Shown here piece by piece: positions 1 to 9,072 of a DNA stretch of 64,000 bases (position 1 is its first letter; each line of letters begins with the position of its first letter). The notes under the pieces are model-generated. The model had not been told where the DNA came from. It was given only the letters and a program-made list of their open reading frames with translations, and ran no database searches. The translations under genes were made by a program, and so were the position numbers. The stretch is from a virus. The stretch lies in IMG/VR virus record IMGVR_UViG_3300009370_000002; one strand, 5' to 3'.

Positions 1-231
1 TATCGTGGTTACCAATAACATATATAACCTTCTTTCCAAGTTTGTTTATTTTGTCGAAAATTGCCGCTGTTGTTTCTGTAAATGTTGGAACTCTTATGAA
101 GTCTATTATGTCTCCTGCTAATATAAGCTCATCGAATTCAATACTGGAAATAAACTCTAAGAGGCTGGTTTCTTTGGAATTCAAACTTCCAAGATGCAAA
201 TCAGATATAACCAATCTCACGTAATCACTAT

Positions 232-504
232 TCATACAAAATCCATAGTCTCTACGTCAAAATTATCAAGCAGTAAATCCGGAACCACCTCAACTGTCCC
301 GTCATATACCCAATATACCTTTACGTCATATATTACCATTTCTTTGTTTTTGTGCTCAAAGGCGATGTCCTTTATCTCTATAATTTCAAGCACTATGCCC
401 ACCTGATTTTCTATTGAAATCCATGCTCCATCTCCGTCATACCACGATCTATACTTTACCAATTGCCCTATTTCAAATTCACAAACACATTGCACATGAG
501 GCAC
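232..504 (-). CDS. hypothetical protein, small beta-rich (SH3/KOW-like)
   Basis: 90 aa; FEIGQLVKY...VGIVLEI...VKVYW pattern typical of small phage SH3-like proteins; CTATTTA motif just upstream (514-520). Confidence 0.5.
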   Translation of the reverse strand: MPHVQCVCEFEIGQLVKYRSWYDGDGAWISIENQVGIVLEIIEIKDIAFEHKNKEMVIYDVKVYWVYDGTVEVVPDLLLDNFDVETMDFV

Positions 505-556
505 CCCCCAATTTAAATAGGCGACATTCTCGCATATTTTTCAATGCCCACAACTA

Positions 557-700
557 TCATTTATGATGATGGCATACCTTTGGTGGGTGTTTGCTCTCCA
601 AAAGCCCAACCCTATATTCCAAATAATACATACAAACCAATATCACTATATTCATTCCTATGCCGAGCAGAACTCCGCTCCTAACTAATTTGTTTTCCAT
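557..700 (-). CDS. small single-TM protein (47 aa, below ORF-track cutoff)
   Basis: Manual translation MENKLVRSGVLLGIGMNIVILVCMYYLEYRVGLLESKHPPKVCHHHK; fills the gap in the minus-strand gene run. Confidence 0.4.
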   Translation of the reverse strand: MENKLVRSGVLLGIGMNIVILVCMYYLEYRVGLLESKHPPKVCHHHK

Positions 701-704
701 TTTT

Positions 705-887
705 TCACCTTATTGCCACAAAGCAATTCATTAATTTTTTTGATAACTTTATCTCTTGAACATTATATTTGCCAGTGCTATTGTGTAGATAAAAATATTC
801 GTCATCTTCCCTAGTGCAATAATATTTATGCCCAAGAGTAAACACAAAAAATTCTTCTACACAAACTAACACCTGCCCTCTGTACAT
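705..887 (-). CDS. hypothetical protein
   Basis: 60 aa, co-oriented and tightly packed. Confidence 0.4.
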   Translation of the reverse strand: MYRGQVLVCVEEFFVFTLGHKYYCTREDDEYFYLHNSTGKYNVQEIKLSKKLMNCFVAIR

Positions 888-908
888 TAGAAACCCTACC
901 TGTAATAA

Positions 909-1118
909 CTATGCGTAGAGAGCTATTTCGTCCTCAAAAACATACAATTCATTGCCATTTATTACAATTTTGTAATCAAAATTTGTGAAAAAATGTTCCT
1001 CGGCTACCAATTCGTTCTCCACTATTATACCAACATCGCCTTTCTCGATTCGAGTACCGTCAATCAACTCTACCCCCACCAGCGATATCACCAATGTCCC
1101 CACTTCCATCTTCATCAT
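909..1118 (-). CDS. hypothetical protein (SH3-like)
   Basis: 69 aa; MEVGTLV...KGDVGIIV pattern. Confidence 0.45.
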   Translation of the reverse strand: MMKMEVGTLVISLVGVELIDGTRIEKGDVGIIVENELVAEEHFFTNFDYKIVINGNELYVFEDEIALYA

Positions 1119-2094
1119 TGAATCCGCACACCTCTAATCCATTGTGTCTTGCAATTTTAATTAGAACGCCTTCATCGTAAATGTGTGTAGCTTCAAGAAG
1201 AAATTTCAGTTCTGTTCTCATATCTCCGGTTGAGTATGGCTTATAGACATCGTGAATATTATCTGACCCAAGAGCTACCACCAAATCGTGTTCAAGCATT
1301 TCATCAACAGGGGTTACGGCATTATGTGTCGGAGTCAACTCCTCAGTCCTACGAGCATCTATCCACGCAGTTGGGCATGCCACAAAAGACAGCCCGGCAT
1401 CTTTCGCCATCTTGTAAACCTCTTTGCGATACCACTTAGGGTGACAAGCAAGGCTTATAGAGTGGATTGCTGTAACTCTGCCCTCCATCCCAGCGCTTAT
1501 TGTTTTTCTTGCTAACATTTCGGTTTCTTTCTCGGTTGCTGTGTTTAGTTGATCAACATGAACATGAACTCTCTTACTGTAGGCACTTCCCATAAGTAAC
1601 ATATACTCCATATGTTTCTCTTCATACCCCTTATCTGCGCCTGGTAATGAGCCAATGATATCAAACAAATCCTGTTCCATACTATCTGCTAGCATAACCT
1701 GACATTCGTAAGGGACAACCCCCTTTAATGTTTGGCATGCAATTTTGAAATTTATCCCAACAGACTTAGCATATTGTTTAGCTCGATGTGCTGCGTTGAC
1801 TGCCTTGTATCCCACGACTGGATCAATATCAATAAACGACATACAGTGGGTTGTAAGCTTGCTTTTTTGCTGAAGGAGTGCATTTCGGATGTTTTTGTAA
1901 AAATCATCTTCGGTGGCGTTTGCTTTATAATCATCAACGTACTTCCATTTTTGATGAAGGTGGTTGTATACCACATCTCTCATATTCATTGAAGTTACAG
2001 TGTACGCCCTATCGAAATGAGCATGAGCATTAACAAAACCGCCTGCTTGCCATATAGCATTGTTTAGGTTCTCTAGCGGATTATAATGTGTCAT
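1060..2094 (-). CDS. metal-dependent amidohydrolase, cytosine deaminase-like
   Basis: NAHAHFDRA (HxHxD), HVHVDQ, AIHSISL and LGSDNIHD motifs in the order expected for the CodA-like amidohydrolase barrel. Confidence 0.8.
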   Translation of the reverse strand: MTHYNPLENLNNAIWQAGGFVNAHAHFDRAYTVTSMNMRDVVYNHLHQKWKYVDDYKANATEDDFYKNIRNALLQQKSKLTTHCMSFIDIDPVVGYKAVNAAHRAKQYAKSVGINFKIACQTLKGVVPYECQVMLADSMEQDLFDIIGSLPGADKGYEEKHMEYMLLMGSAYSKRVHVHVDQLNTATEKETEMLARKTISAGMEGRVTAIHSISLACHPKWYRKEVYKMAKDAGLSFVACPTAWIDARRTEELTPTHNAVTPVDEMLEHDLVVALGSDNIHDVYKPYSTGDMRTELKFLLEATHIYDEGVLIKIARHNGLEVCGFNDEDGSGDIGDIAGGGRVD

Positions 2095-2290
2095 CTTTTG
2101 CCCCTTTTGTAAAATTCGGACTTTTCCAATCTTTGACTATTTTTTCCCAAGCTTTCATCGGTATTTTAATCTTGACGGAACTTCTCTTTTCATCAGACAA
2201 TTCCCAAAGCTCAAAACAGCACTCTGAAATGTCACTCATTTCAAGATAAACAGCCTTCTTGTCACTGGAAACTTTTATTTTCTTGCTCAT
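2081..2290 (-). CDS. hypothetical protein
   Basis: 69 aa, overlaps next gene in operon-like packing. Confidence 0.45.
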   Translation of the reverse strand: MSKKIKVSSDKKAVYLEMSDISECCFELWELSDEKRSSVKIKIPMKAWEKIVKDWKSPNFTKGAKDDTL

Positions 2291-2302
2291 CTCATCACCT
2301 CG

Positions 2303-2986
2303 CTATATTCTTATGATTGTTGCCTCGACATCATACCCAAACAATTGTAGTAGAAAGTCCTTCATAAGAGAGTCTTTGCACTTCTTATCCTCTTCGCACT
2401 CAAAAAGTCTCCAACTAAAAGATTTCTTTTGTTCGTATGTCAAGTTGTTCAGCTTCAATATCTCTTGTCTAATTATTTCCATCACTTTCGTATATCTAGT
2501 AGGTAATATATCAAGTTTATCGCAAATGTCAAGAAATTTTCCCCACTTTTTATCATTATACGAAGAAGTAATCTCTTTAAACATTTCAATTTTCGCCAAT
2601 ACTTCAGGAGTTTGCTCAACATTGGAAAATTTGTCGGGATGAATTTTCACTGCTGCTGTTCTGTACATCTTTTGTAATGATTTATCAACTGGGGTGTCAT
2701 CGGTGTTGCCTTTGTTACATTTTACCAAGCCATCTTCATCTACTTCTTGTGTTTTTTTGGGATACACTTTATTAAGCATGTCTTTATTTTCACTATTCAG
2801 CTTCTCAATTGGGATACTGTATTCGGAACAAAACTTTTGATAAAAAATTTCAAATTCTACGTGGGCGTCCTTCAATGTATCCAGAACGTATTCATATTCT
2901 GAATTGGCAAACTCCAGTTCCTTAACCAGTCTCCTATATCTTTTTTCCATCAACGACATGCTATAATTAGTCTCTGTCTTGTCCAA
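2303..2986 (-). CDS. J-domain (DnaJ-like) co-chaperone protein
   Basis: LQKMYRTAAVKIHPDKF...EMFKEITSSY: J-domain helices with HPD motif, flanked by coiled-coil; true start may be MSLMEKRY (~2959). Confidence 0.7.
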   Translation of the reverse strand: MDKTETNYSMSLMEKRYRRLVKELEFANSEYEYVLDTLKDAHVEFEIFYQKFCSEYSIPIEKLNSENKDMLNKVYPKKTQEVDEDGLVKCNKGNTDDTPVDKSLQKMYRTAAVKIHPDKFSNVEQTPEVLAKIEMFKEITSSYNDKKWGKFLDICDKLDILPTRYTKVMEIIRQEILKLNNLTYEQKKSFSWRLFECEEDKKCKDSLMKDFLLQLFGYDVEATIIRI

Positions 2987-3878
2987 TTCTGTTGAACTCG
3001 CGATAAGAAAACAGTTGTCTTGTTGGGCGTTGGGTATCTCTTGCCAAGTCAGACATCATGTATTCTCGATATGACTCCCAGGTATCAACATTGTAGAATG
3101 ACTCAGTTGAATGAAGATATCCATCATTGACATCAACACCGACAAAAACATCCTCTGGTTCGAAGAACCTTGCGCTCCATCGCTCTTCAATTGGCATCTT
3201 GCTCCTTGGTAACCCCCTCTCATCCACAACCTCTGTGGTATACATGCCGGTGCCTTTCCTCACATTGCGCCTGTAGATGATGAACTCTTCTCTGCCGAAG
3301 GTGAAGCTTGAGTACTGGTTGTCTTGTACTGTCTTTCCTTCGGAGACTACATAGAAATTCTTTTTGTTCTTTATCTGTCTCCGAACCTTCTGAAGCTCTC
3401 GGGGATCCATAATGCCATAAGGGAAGGACACATAGTACTTGTCTGGTATCATCCACTTGGATATCTGATCGGAAACCTTAAGGGCTGTGATTGCTCCATG
3501 AAGAACGCTCCAGGATAGACAGTCTCTCTTGTCTCTGTCCTTGGGATGCAGAGGAACCCAGAAGATTGGGATACGCTTTCGTCGTTCGGTTGGCAAGGCA
3601 TCGAACTTGTTGTAGAAGTGGATGGGGTCTTGGATGTAGTCTCCAACCCTGTACCTGACAAGAGGGGCGATGTCATCATTGCACACAATCCATATTGTGT
3701 CACACCCTGCAAACGCTGCCTCGATTACTGCTGCCTCTATCATCGTATAGTCTGGTGCTATTGGCAGCAGGCAATCTGGATATGGCATTCCATACTCTAA
3801 AGGTTGGCCGGCAAGCGGAATGACTCCTGCAAGATGGAAATTTGCTTGTGACGAAAAAGCTTTTTCGCTAACTTCCAT
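2967..3878 (-). CDS. nucleotidyltransferase-like (sugar-phosphate NTP transferase fold), divergent
   Basis: LAGVIPLAG...PDCLLPI...MIEAAVIEAAFAGCDTIWIV resembles the N-terminus of RmlA/GalU-type NTP transferases but lacks GxGTR. Confidence 0.55.
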   Translation of the reverse strand: MEVSEKAFSSQANFHLAGVIPLAGQPLEYGMPYPDCLLPIAPDYTMIEAAVIEAAFAGCDTIWIVCNDDIAPLVRYRVGDYIQDPIHFYNKFDALPTERRKRIPIFWVPLHPKDRDKRDCLSWSVLHGAITALKVSDQISKWMIPDKYYVSFPYGIMDPRELQKVRRQIKNKKNFYVVSEGKTVQDNQYSSFTFGREEFIIYRRNVRKGTGMYTTEVVDERGLPRSKMPIEERWSARFFEPEDVFVGVDVNDGYLHSTESFYNVDTWESYREYMMSDLARDTQRPTRQLFSYREFNRIGQDRD

Positions 3879-4639
3879 GATTTGCCCTCCTTGTTCCTGT
3901 TCGTTATAATCTCATCGAATGTTCGCTTTGGTTTGTAATCGTGTATCGTCTCTCTGTAAGCGTGTTCTATCTTAAGGGAGTAGTGGTTGTGTTTGCCGTT
4001 AGGAGCATAGCCGTTCTTAAGCCCTCTTATTCCAGCGTGTTGCATCATTTTAAGCGTCTTCAGTCGAGCCATACCTTCGGTACAGTGAGGGCTCGAAAGC
4101 TCGTTTTTGAGCAAGCGTGAGGCGGCACAGACATCCTTCTTGGCACTACTTGAGCCAATGCGAGTTGGTTGATAAAAGTGCAGAGTGTGAACGAAATCGT
4201 AATCAGGATCTATGATGGTGTTGTGCTGGTGATTGTTACCAGAGCGAACATGAAACCAGTCATAGACATTTGCAGTCTCATAGTCTACCTCTTCAAAGAT
4301 AACAGCTTCATCATACGAGATGTTTATTCTCTTGTTGTGTTCTGTTATCAGAGTAATCTTGTTCTTGTCTTTGCGATTAGTTATAACGATGTTAGGCATA
4401 ATGATTTGTCCTGTCATTGACATCAGGAAGGTGAGCCTATCCCACATCTCCGACTTGTATATCTTCCTCTTGTTGTCATAGCCCAGGAACTTTATCTCCT
4501 CTTCATATTCAACCGTTGATAGCTGAAACGGATAGAGAGATTCCACAAGAAGAACCTGCTCATCGTTAAGAAAGCTATGTAGAAGACACTCCAATGAGCC
4601 GCCAAAGTTTAACTTTTCAAAGTGGTAGTCTGTCTTCAC
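3797..4639 (-). CDS. hypothetical protein
   Basis: 280 aa ORF; N-terminal LNFGGSLECL weakly Rossmann-like. Confidence 0.6.
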   Translation of the reverse strand: MKTDYHFEKLNFGGSLECLLHSFLNDEQVLLVESLYPFQLSTVEYEEEIKFLGYDNKRKIYKSEMWDRLTFLMSMTGQIIMPNIVITNRKDKNKITLITEHNKRINISYDEAVIFEEVDYETANVYDWFHVRSGNNHQHNTIIDPDYDFVHTLHFYQPTRIGSSSAKKDVCAASRLLKNELSSPHCTEGMARLKTLKMMQHAGIRGLKNGYAPNGKHNHYSLKIEHAYRETIHDYKPKRTFDEIITNRNKEGKSWKLAKKLFRHKQISILQESFRLPANL

Positions 4640-5241
4640 TTCTTCCTCTTGTTTTTAAGCCACATGTCCTTATTCATTTGAATCAGCTTCTCTGGTGACC
4701 ATGCCATTTGCGAAGCAAACTTGCCTGACTTTTTGTCAGCAAGGGGAGCGCTAGCTGCATGGTAATTGGGCTTGATATAATAGATGTAAACCTCCTCGAT
4801 GTCTGCATCGGAAGGGATGCTCTGTTCCATTTGGAAATCCAAGTCCTGGAGGACTGCGTCTATCTTTTCAACTGGTGAGCCTGTTACCTTTGGAGAGTTA
4901 TCAAAAATAACTCCCGTTCTAACATTATCGGTGTCCATTATTTCATAAGGTGTCCTGCCCATGTAAATATACCTCATCACATGTAAGTCCTTTACTGCTC
5001 TGGCTTTTTCATCGTCCGATAGTTTCGCTACGAAACTTTCCATCTGCCCAAAGGCTTGGCTGCTGTACATAAAATTCTTCAGCACTGATTTGAAAGTCGA
5101 ACGCATATCTTTCTGGCGTAGATTATCAGGAGTAGCTCTATCGTGTGGGTTGTTCCTTCGGTATTCAGGTTGGCCAGCCCACTTTTCAGTCGGTGCTGTC
5201 TCCATTATCCACTTCTTCCATTCTTGTATTATCTTCTTCAT
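4636..5241 (-). CDS. hypothetical protein with short leader-like N-terminus
   Basis: 201 aa; starts MKKIIQEWKKWIME. Confidence 0.6.
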   Translation of the reverse strand: MKKIIQEWKKWIMETAPTEKWAGQPEYRRNNPHDRATPDNLRQKDMRSTFKSVLKNFMYSSQAFGQMESFVAKLSDDEKARAVKDLHVMRYIYMGRTPYEIMDTDNVRTGVIFDNSPKVTGSPVEKIDAVLQDLDFQMEQSIPSDADIEEVYIYYIKPNYHAASAPLADKKSGKFASQMAWSPEKLIQMNKDMWLKNKRKK

Positions 5242-5461
5242 CGTTTGTCATCCTTCTTAAGAACTCTGCTGGAACTTTTCTCATTGTTTCATCACCTATC
5301 AAAATATCATAGGCTATGTAATAAGTAGTTACTTCATCACCTGTTTTGATTGATAAATCATATGGTCCTGCCAATATCATCCCCACGTCCGTATCCATCT
5401 CTCCCGTTATCAGTTTTCCAAATTCGCTAAGAACCACCAAGTCGCCCTTCTTATAGTCCAC
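5186..5461 (-). CDS. hypothetical protein (SH3-like)
   Basis: YKKGDLVVL...VGMIL...YDILIG pattern. Confidence 0.5.
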   Translation of the reverse strand: MDYKKGDLVVLSEFGKLITGEMDTDVGMILAGPYDLSIKTGDEVTTYYIAYDILIGDETMRKVPAEFLRRMTNDEEDNTRMEEVDNGDSTD

Positions 5462-6176
5462 CTCGAATTTTCCTGTAGGAGTTAACTGCTACTGGCCACA
5501 AGTCTGTGGCAATTTCCAAGACAGCTTGGGCAGCTTGTTGTATTTCCCATTGTGCTCCTTCATGCGTCCTAAGACTAACAAACTTAAGAAGGTTATTGAG
5601 ATTAACAGTGCCGTAATACTCTGTATATAGGTTCTGCGGTAGTACTCCTCTAGCTTGCTCTCGGCATACACCGTTTTTTATCAATCTGTTGTATAGTTTG
5701 AGGCTATTCTTGTGGTGCCATAATACCTCGTCAGAAGCATATGAACAACTAGGCGGTATTAAAGTTGCGCCATAGCCTTCCGAAAGGTTCGGGTTAATCA
5801 ACTCGCTCGGGTTTGATGCTTGCCTGTTTGATTCATGCTGTGTTCTGAAGGCTTCTGGTTCATAAAACTGCAAATCTTTGTCCGTATACCTACGAGAGAT
5901 TTCGTTATAGCTCCACGTTCGGTGGCGGTGATGCTGAGAACGAACAAAAAGAGGAACAATAAATTTAAAGGTAACAAGATTATGTTCCAAGGTGCTGGTA
6001 TGCTTATGTTTGATAAGGTAGTTAATAAGTCGCTTGTCGCTCCCATCCAAACTAGACTTTTCGACACCAAAGCTAACCCTTGCACTATTGACGATGGTAA
6101 TGTCACTGCCCATATGCTGAACATAAGCCACGCTACCGACATTATCATCATATATCTTAATTTCTCTCTCATACAT
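5451..6176 (-). CDS. thyX: flavin-dependent thymidylate synthase
   Basis: ThyX signature RHRTWSYNEISRRY; HTSTLEH, EQARGVLP and LRTHEGAQWEI motifs. Confidence 0.95.
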   Translation of the reverse strand: MYEREIKIYDDNVGSVAYVQHMGSDITIVNSARVSFGVEKSSLDGSDKRLINYLIKHKHTSTLEHNLVTFKFIVPLFVRSQHHRHRTWSYNEISRRYTDKDLQFYEPEAFRTQHESNRQASNPSELINPNLSEGYGATLIPPSCSYASDEVLWHHKNSLKLYNRLIKNGVCREQARGVLPQNLYTEYYGTVNLNNLLKFVSLRTHEGAQWEIQQAAQAVLEIATDLWPVAVNSYRKIRGGL

Positions 6177-6862
6177 TACTTCATTTCCGTTGGATCAACG
6201 GGATTAGGAGGCAAACCTTGAGGCACTTCGTGCTCTTCGCCACCAATGTTCTTAGAATCATCAAAAAAGGGAATATAAAATTTCTTCCCCCCAGCTTGTG
6301 AGAACATATCTGTTCTTTTTTGTATTTCTGCGTTTTTGAAAATGGACGTTCTATAGTCTGTGATTTCATAACCTGCCATCTCATAGGAGTCGTCATATCT
6401 CATTTCGACAAAATAATAGTGTACATGCTTATCGTCACCAACACTATCTTTCTTGCCGAAGATAAAAGAGTGTTGTGGCCAGTCTTTGTGACTAGAGTAT
6501 GTTGCCATTGCGCGTATATCAACATCCGAAATTACCAATGAATTCTCTTCATTGTTAAAGAATTTGCCCTTTACCTCCTCAAAGGACTTCCCATCCCCTT
6601 TAAGCATATCCTTAAGTTGTATCATCCTTCTTTCATTATCGAAAGAAGATGATTGTTGCCCTAAGGGGTTTTCAGCAGACATCACTCCAAAACCTTTAGT
6701 GGACTCATCAGAAGGTCCTAATATTTGCATGACTCTTTTGAATTTCCCTGGGTTTTGTCCTTTACCTCTCCCTTCTTCAACTGAAGGCTCTTCAATTATC
6801 ACGGATGTTTTCTCCATTTGTTCCACTATCAGTTGCCTAAGAACCTCTTTATTCAATTTCAT
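6176..6862 (-). CDS. leader-bearing protein with DUF3293-like domain
   Basis: Start refined to MKLNKEVLRQLIVEQ; core SAENPLG...DNERRMIQLKDML...GKF...ENSL resembles DUF3293-type proteins. Confidence 0.55.
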   Translation of the reverse strand: MKLNKEVLRQLIVEQMEKTSVIIEEPSVEEGRGKGQNPGKFKRVMQILGPSDESTKGFGVMSAENPLGQQSSSFDNERRMIQLKDMLKGDGKSFEEVKGKFFNNEENSLVISDVDIRAMATYSSHKDWPQHSFIFGKKDSVGDDKHVHYYFVEMRYDDSYEMAGYEITDYRTSIFKNAEIQKRTDMFSQAGGKKFYIPFFDDSKNIGGEEHEVPQGLPPNPVDPTEMK

Positions 6863-7139
6863 TGCTAATTCTCCCATAAATATAATTTTCTAACACTAAA
6901 TAGGTAGTTTCTCCATCTAAATCAATTGTCAACATCATTCTTCTTTCAATAATTATCTCACTTCCCTGTTTGAGGAGGTGGAGGTATTTTGATTCAGATG
7001 ATATAGATAACACCTCACATTTGAGGAATGGGTTAACTGGTTTGGAATAATTGTCCGGCAAAACGATGGCAAGATCGCTTCCCTCTTCGGGTTCTTCTAT
7101 TGGTTTCACGCTAATATAGCGATTAAAGGGTTGTAACAT
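6849..7139 (-). CDS. groES: co-chaperonin GroES-like (T4 gp31 analogue)
   Basis: LQPFNRYISVKP...IVLPD...EVLSIS...YLVLENYIYG matches Cpn10 pattern. Confidence 0.75.
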   Translation of the reverse strand: MLQPFNRYISVKPIEEPEEGSDLAIVLPDNYSKPVNPFLKCEVLSISSESKYLHLLKQGSEIIIERRMMLTIDLDGETTYLVLENYIYGRISNEIE

Positions 7140-7170
7140 GCTTCCTCCAAAAAAATATTCAACATGCTAT

Positions 7171-7199
7171 AATATAACACGTTGAAAGTGAAAAGTCAA
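7171..7199 (-). promoter_or_regulatory. sigma70-type promoter
   Basis: TTGACT-N17-TATATT with TG extension, ~30 nt upstream of groES. Confidence 0.65.
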
Positions 7200-7207
7200 G
7201 TTATTTT

Positions 7208-9067
7208 TCAAAACATAATTTCGCAAGCACCAGCGGCACATGCAATTTCGCCTTTTAAATCGGTATTGTCCTCATTCTCCGTTACCTTTTTCAGATTAAT
7301 TGTCTCTAGTGATTTAAACATCTCATTGTATTTAGCTTCATCACAATCCTCAAAGGGTGCCTGTTTATATGTGTGGTCAGAGTGAGGTAAAATTGCTAAA
7401 CCATTATAATACTTACGATTTTCCCACATCCATTTGCCAACCTCATCCCACTCATGAGGCTTAACGGTAATGGTGGCTGAAACATTATTGGTGTTCTGTC
7501 CCTTTCTGTGTCCGTTTGTTACCCAATCAGTATGAACCACCTTAACCCTTGACAGTAAATCAATTGCTGATTCTTTTCTTGTGATAGCTCCGCTGGGTGC
7601 CTTTTGGGGCACTGATATGACTGCCGTATCGTGGGCTCGAAAGAACTCATCCTCAACCAAATCTGAATGGGATTGGACGAGGTAATTGTATATTGCCTCA
7701 TTTTTTCCAACCCGGATTCTGCGGATGTAATGCTCGTTATGCCACGCATGAATGCCGCTAGACGTGCCAAGGACAAGAGACGTGGTTCCTGCTGGTTTTG
7801 TTGTAGTGCAACGGGCGGCTGGGCCGATATCAATAAGACTTGCTACTCTTTCGTTTTCTTCCTTAACTGCTTGGGCAGCAGAAGCCATATCAAGCCTTAG
7901 CACATTCCCAGATGCTATCCCAGTCATCGAAACACCGATTAAATAATCTTTTTCTGTGTTGCGTTGCCACACAGGGCGCAAGTAGTGGAAGTCTGTATAT
8001 GAGGCTTGTAGGGTGCCTATAAGCGATGCTGCACGGGCTCTTGTTTCATATTCCTCTTGGGTATCAATATCACTTACGTTGATTTCTGTTAGATTGCAGA
8101 ATTGGTAAGGACGGAGGCTTATCTCGCAACAGGGATTACAACCATACTCCTTATCATTGGTAAAGTAGATGCCTGGCTCTCCTGCTCCGGATGCCTTGAT
8201 TCGTTCCCAGAGCTTAAGGAATTCTTTTTTCTTTATTCTGTGTCTCATGATGACTACGGAATTGTTGGCTCTGCCTCGTTGTGGGTTTGTCTCCCACCAA
8301 TTGCCTGCCTTAGCAGCAATCATCTCTTCATCGTCAATTGAAAAAAGAGATATGAGCGCAGCCCTACGAATTCCACCAGCAAGAACCGCATCTGCAACAT
8401 AGCACACCATATCGTGAACTTCAATTGGTGCCAATTTGTCTCCATTCTCTTTGTGTTCCAAGAGCCCTTCAATTTTCATGAGACACTCCTTGAGGGGCTG
8501 TGGCCCTGGGGCTTTGCCTCCGCTTGTAACAAGGCGCTCACCCTTCGCCCTGATATCTGAAAAGTCAAAACGAAGCTTCGATGTGCCCTTGAAATATGAC
8601 TTAATGAGCGCACTTACTGCATCTGCCCATCCCTCAATTGAATCGCCAATTAGAAATCGCCTAGTACGCTTGGCATTAGGCTTAAGAATTGGAGGCAACT
8701 TCTCAACATGGTGAGACTGAACTGAATATCCGACACCGGTTCCACCAAGCAACAACAACATTATCTCCCCAAAGACGCGCATGTCATCTATCGGAGCATA
8801 GGCGCAATTAAAAATCCTGTTTGGACTAATTTCAATTGGCTTACCAGCGAACTGCATAGATCTCATAGATGGTAGAACCTTTTTATCATATACCAAAGTA
8901 TACGCCTCTTCTATCTCTTTTTTGAGATGTGGAAATTTCTTAATGTGCATTTTCTTATTCCTTGTCACCAACTCTGCCCATGTTTCTCGTCGATTTTTGT
9001 CTGGTAGGTAACGTGCATACTTCATATGCACGGTAATATCTGATAAGATTTTGTTTGCTTTGTTCAT
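7208..9067 (-). CDS. nrdJ: class II (adenosylcobalamin-dependent) ribonucleotide reductase
   Basis: NRIFNCAY, GGIRRAALISL, NPCCEISL, KPAGTTSL and C-terminal CAAGACEI; no inserted intein. Confidence 0.9.
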   Translation of the reverse strand: MNKANKILSDITVHMKYARYLPDKNRRETWAELVTRNKKMHIKKFPHLKKEIEEAYTLVYDKKVLPSMRSMQFAGKPIEISPNRIFNCAYAPIDDMRVFGEIMLLLLGGTGVGYSVQSHHVEKLPPILKPNAKRTRRFLIGDSIEGWADAVSALIKSYFKGTSKLRFDFSDIRAKGERLVTSGGKAPGPQPLKECLMKIEGLLEHKENGDKLAPIEVHDMVCYVADAVLAGGIRRAALISLFSIDDEEMIAAKAGNWWETNPQRGRANNSVVIMRHRIKKKEFLKLWERIKASGAGEPGIYFTNDKEYGCNPCCEISLRPYQFCNLTEINVSDIDTQEEYETRARAASLIGTLQASYTDFHYLRPVWQRNTEKDYLIGVSMTGIASGNVLRLDMASAAQAVKEENERVASLIDIGPAARCTTTKPAGTTSLVLGTSSGIHAWHNEHYIRRIRVGKNEAIYNYLVQSHSDLVEDEFFRAHDTAVISVPQKAPSGAITRKESAIDLLSRVKVVHTDWVTNGHRKGQNTNNVSATITVKPHEWDEVGKWMWENRKYYNGLAILPHSDHTYKQAPFEDCDEAKYNEMFKSLETINLKKVTENEDNTDLKGEIACAAGACEIMF

Positions 9068-9072
9068 TCCTG

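Noticed and set aside
1060-1118. 59-nt overlap of amidohydrolase and next ORF as a frameshift or pseudogene sign
   Set aside because: The amidohydrolase motifs are complete before the overlap; the tail is low complexity and a short overlap is unremarkable
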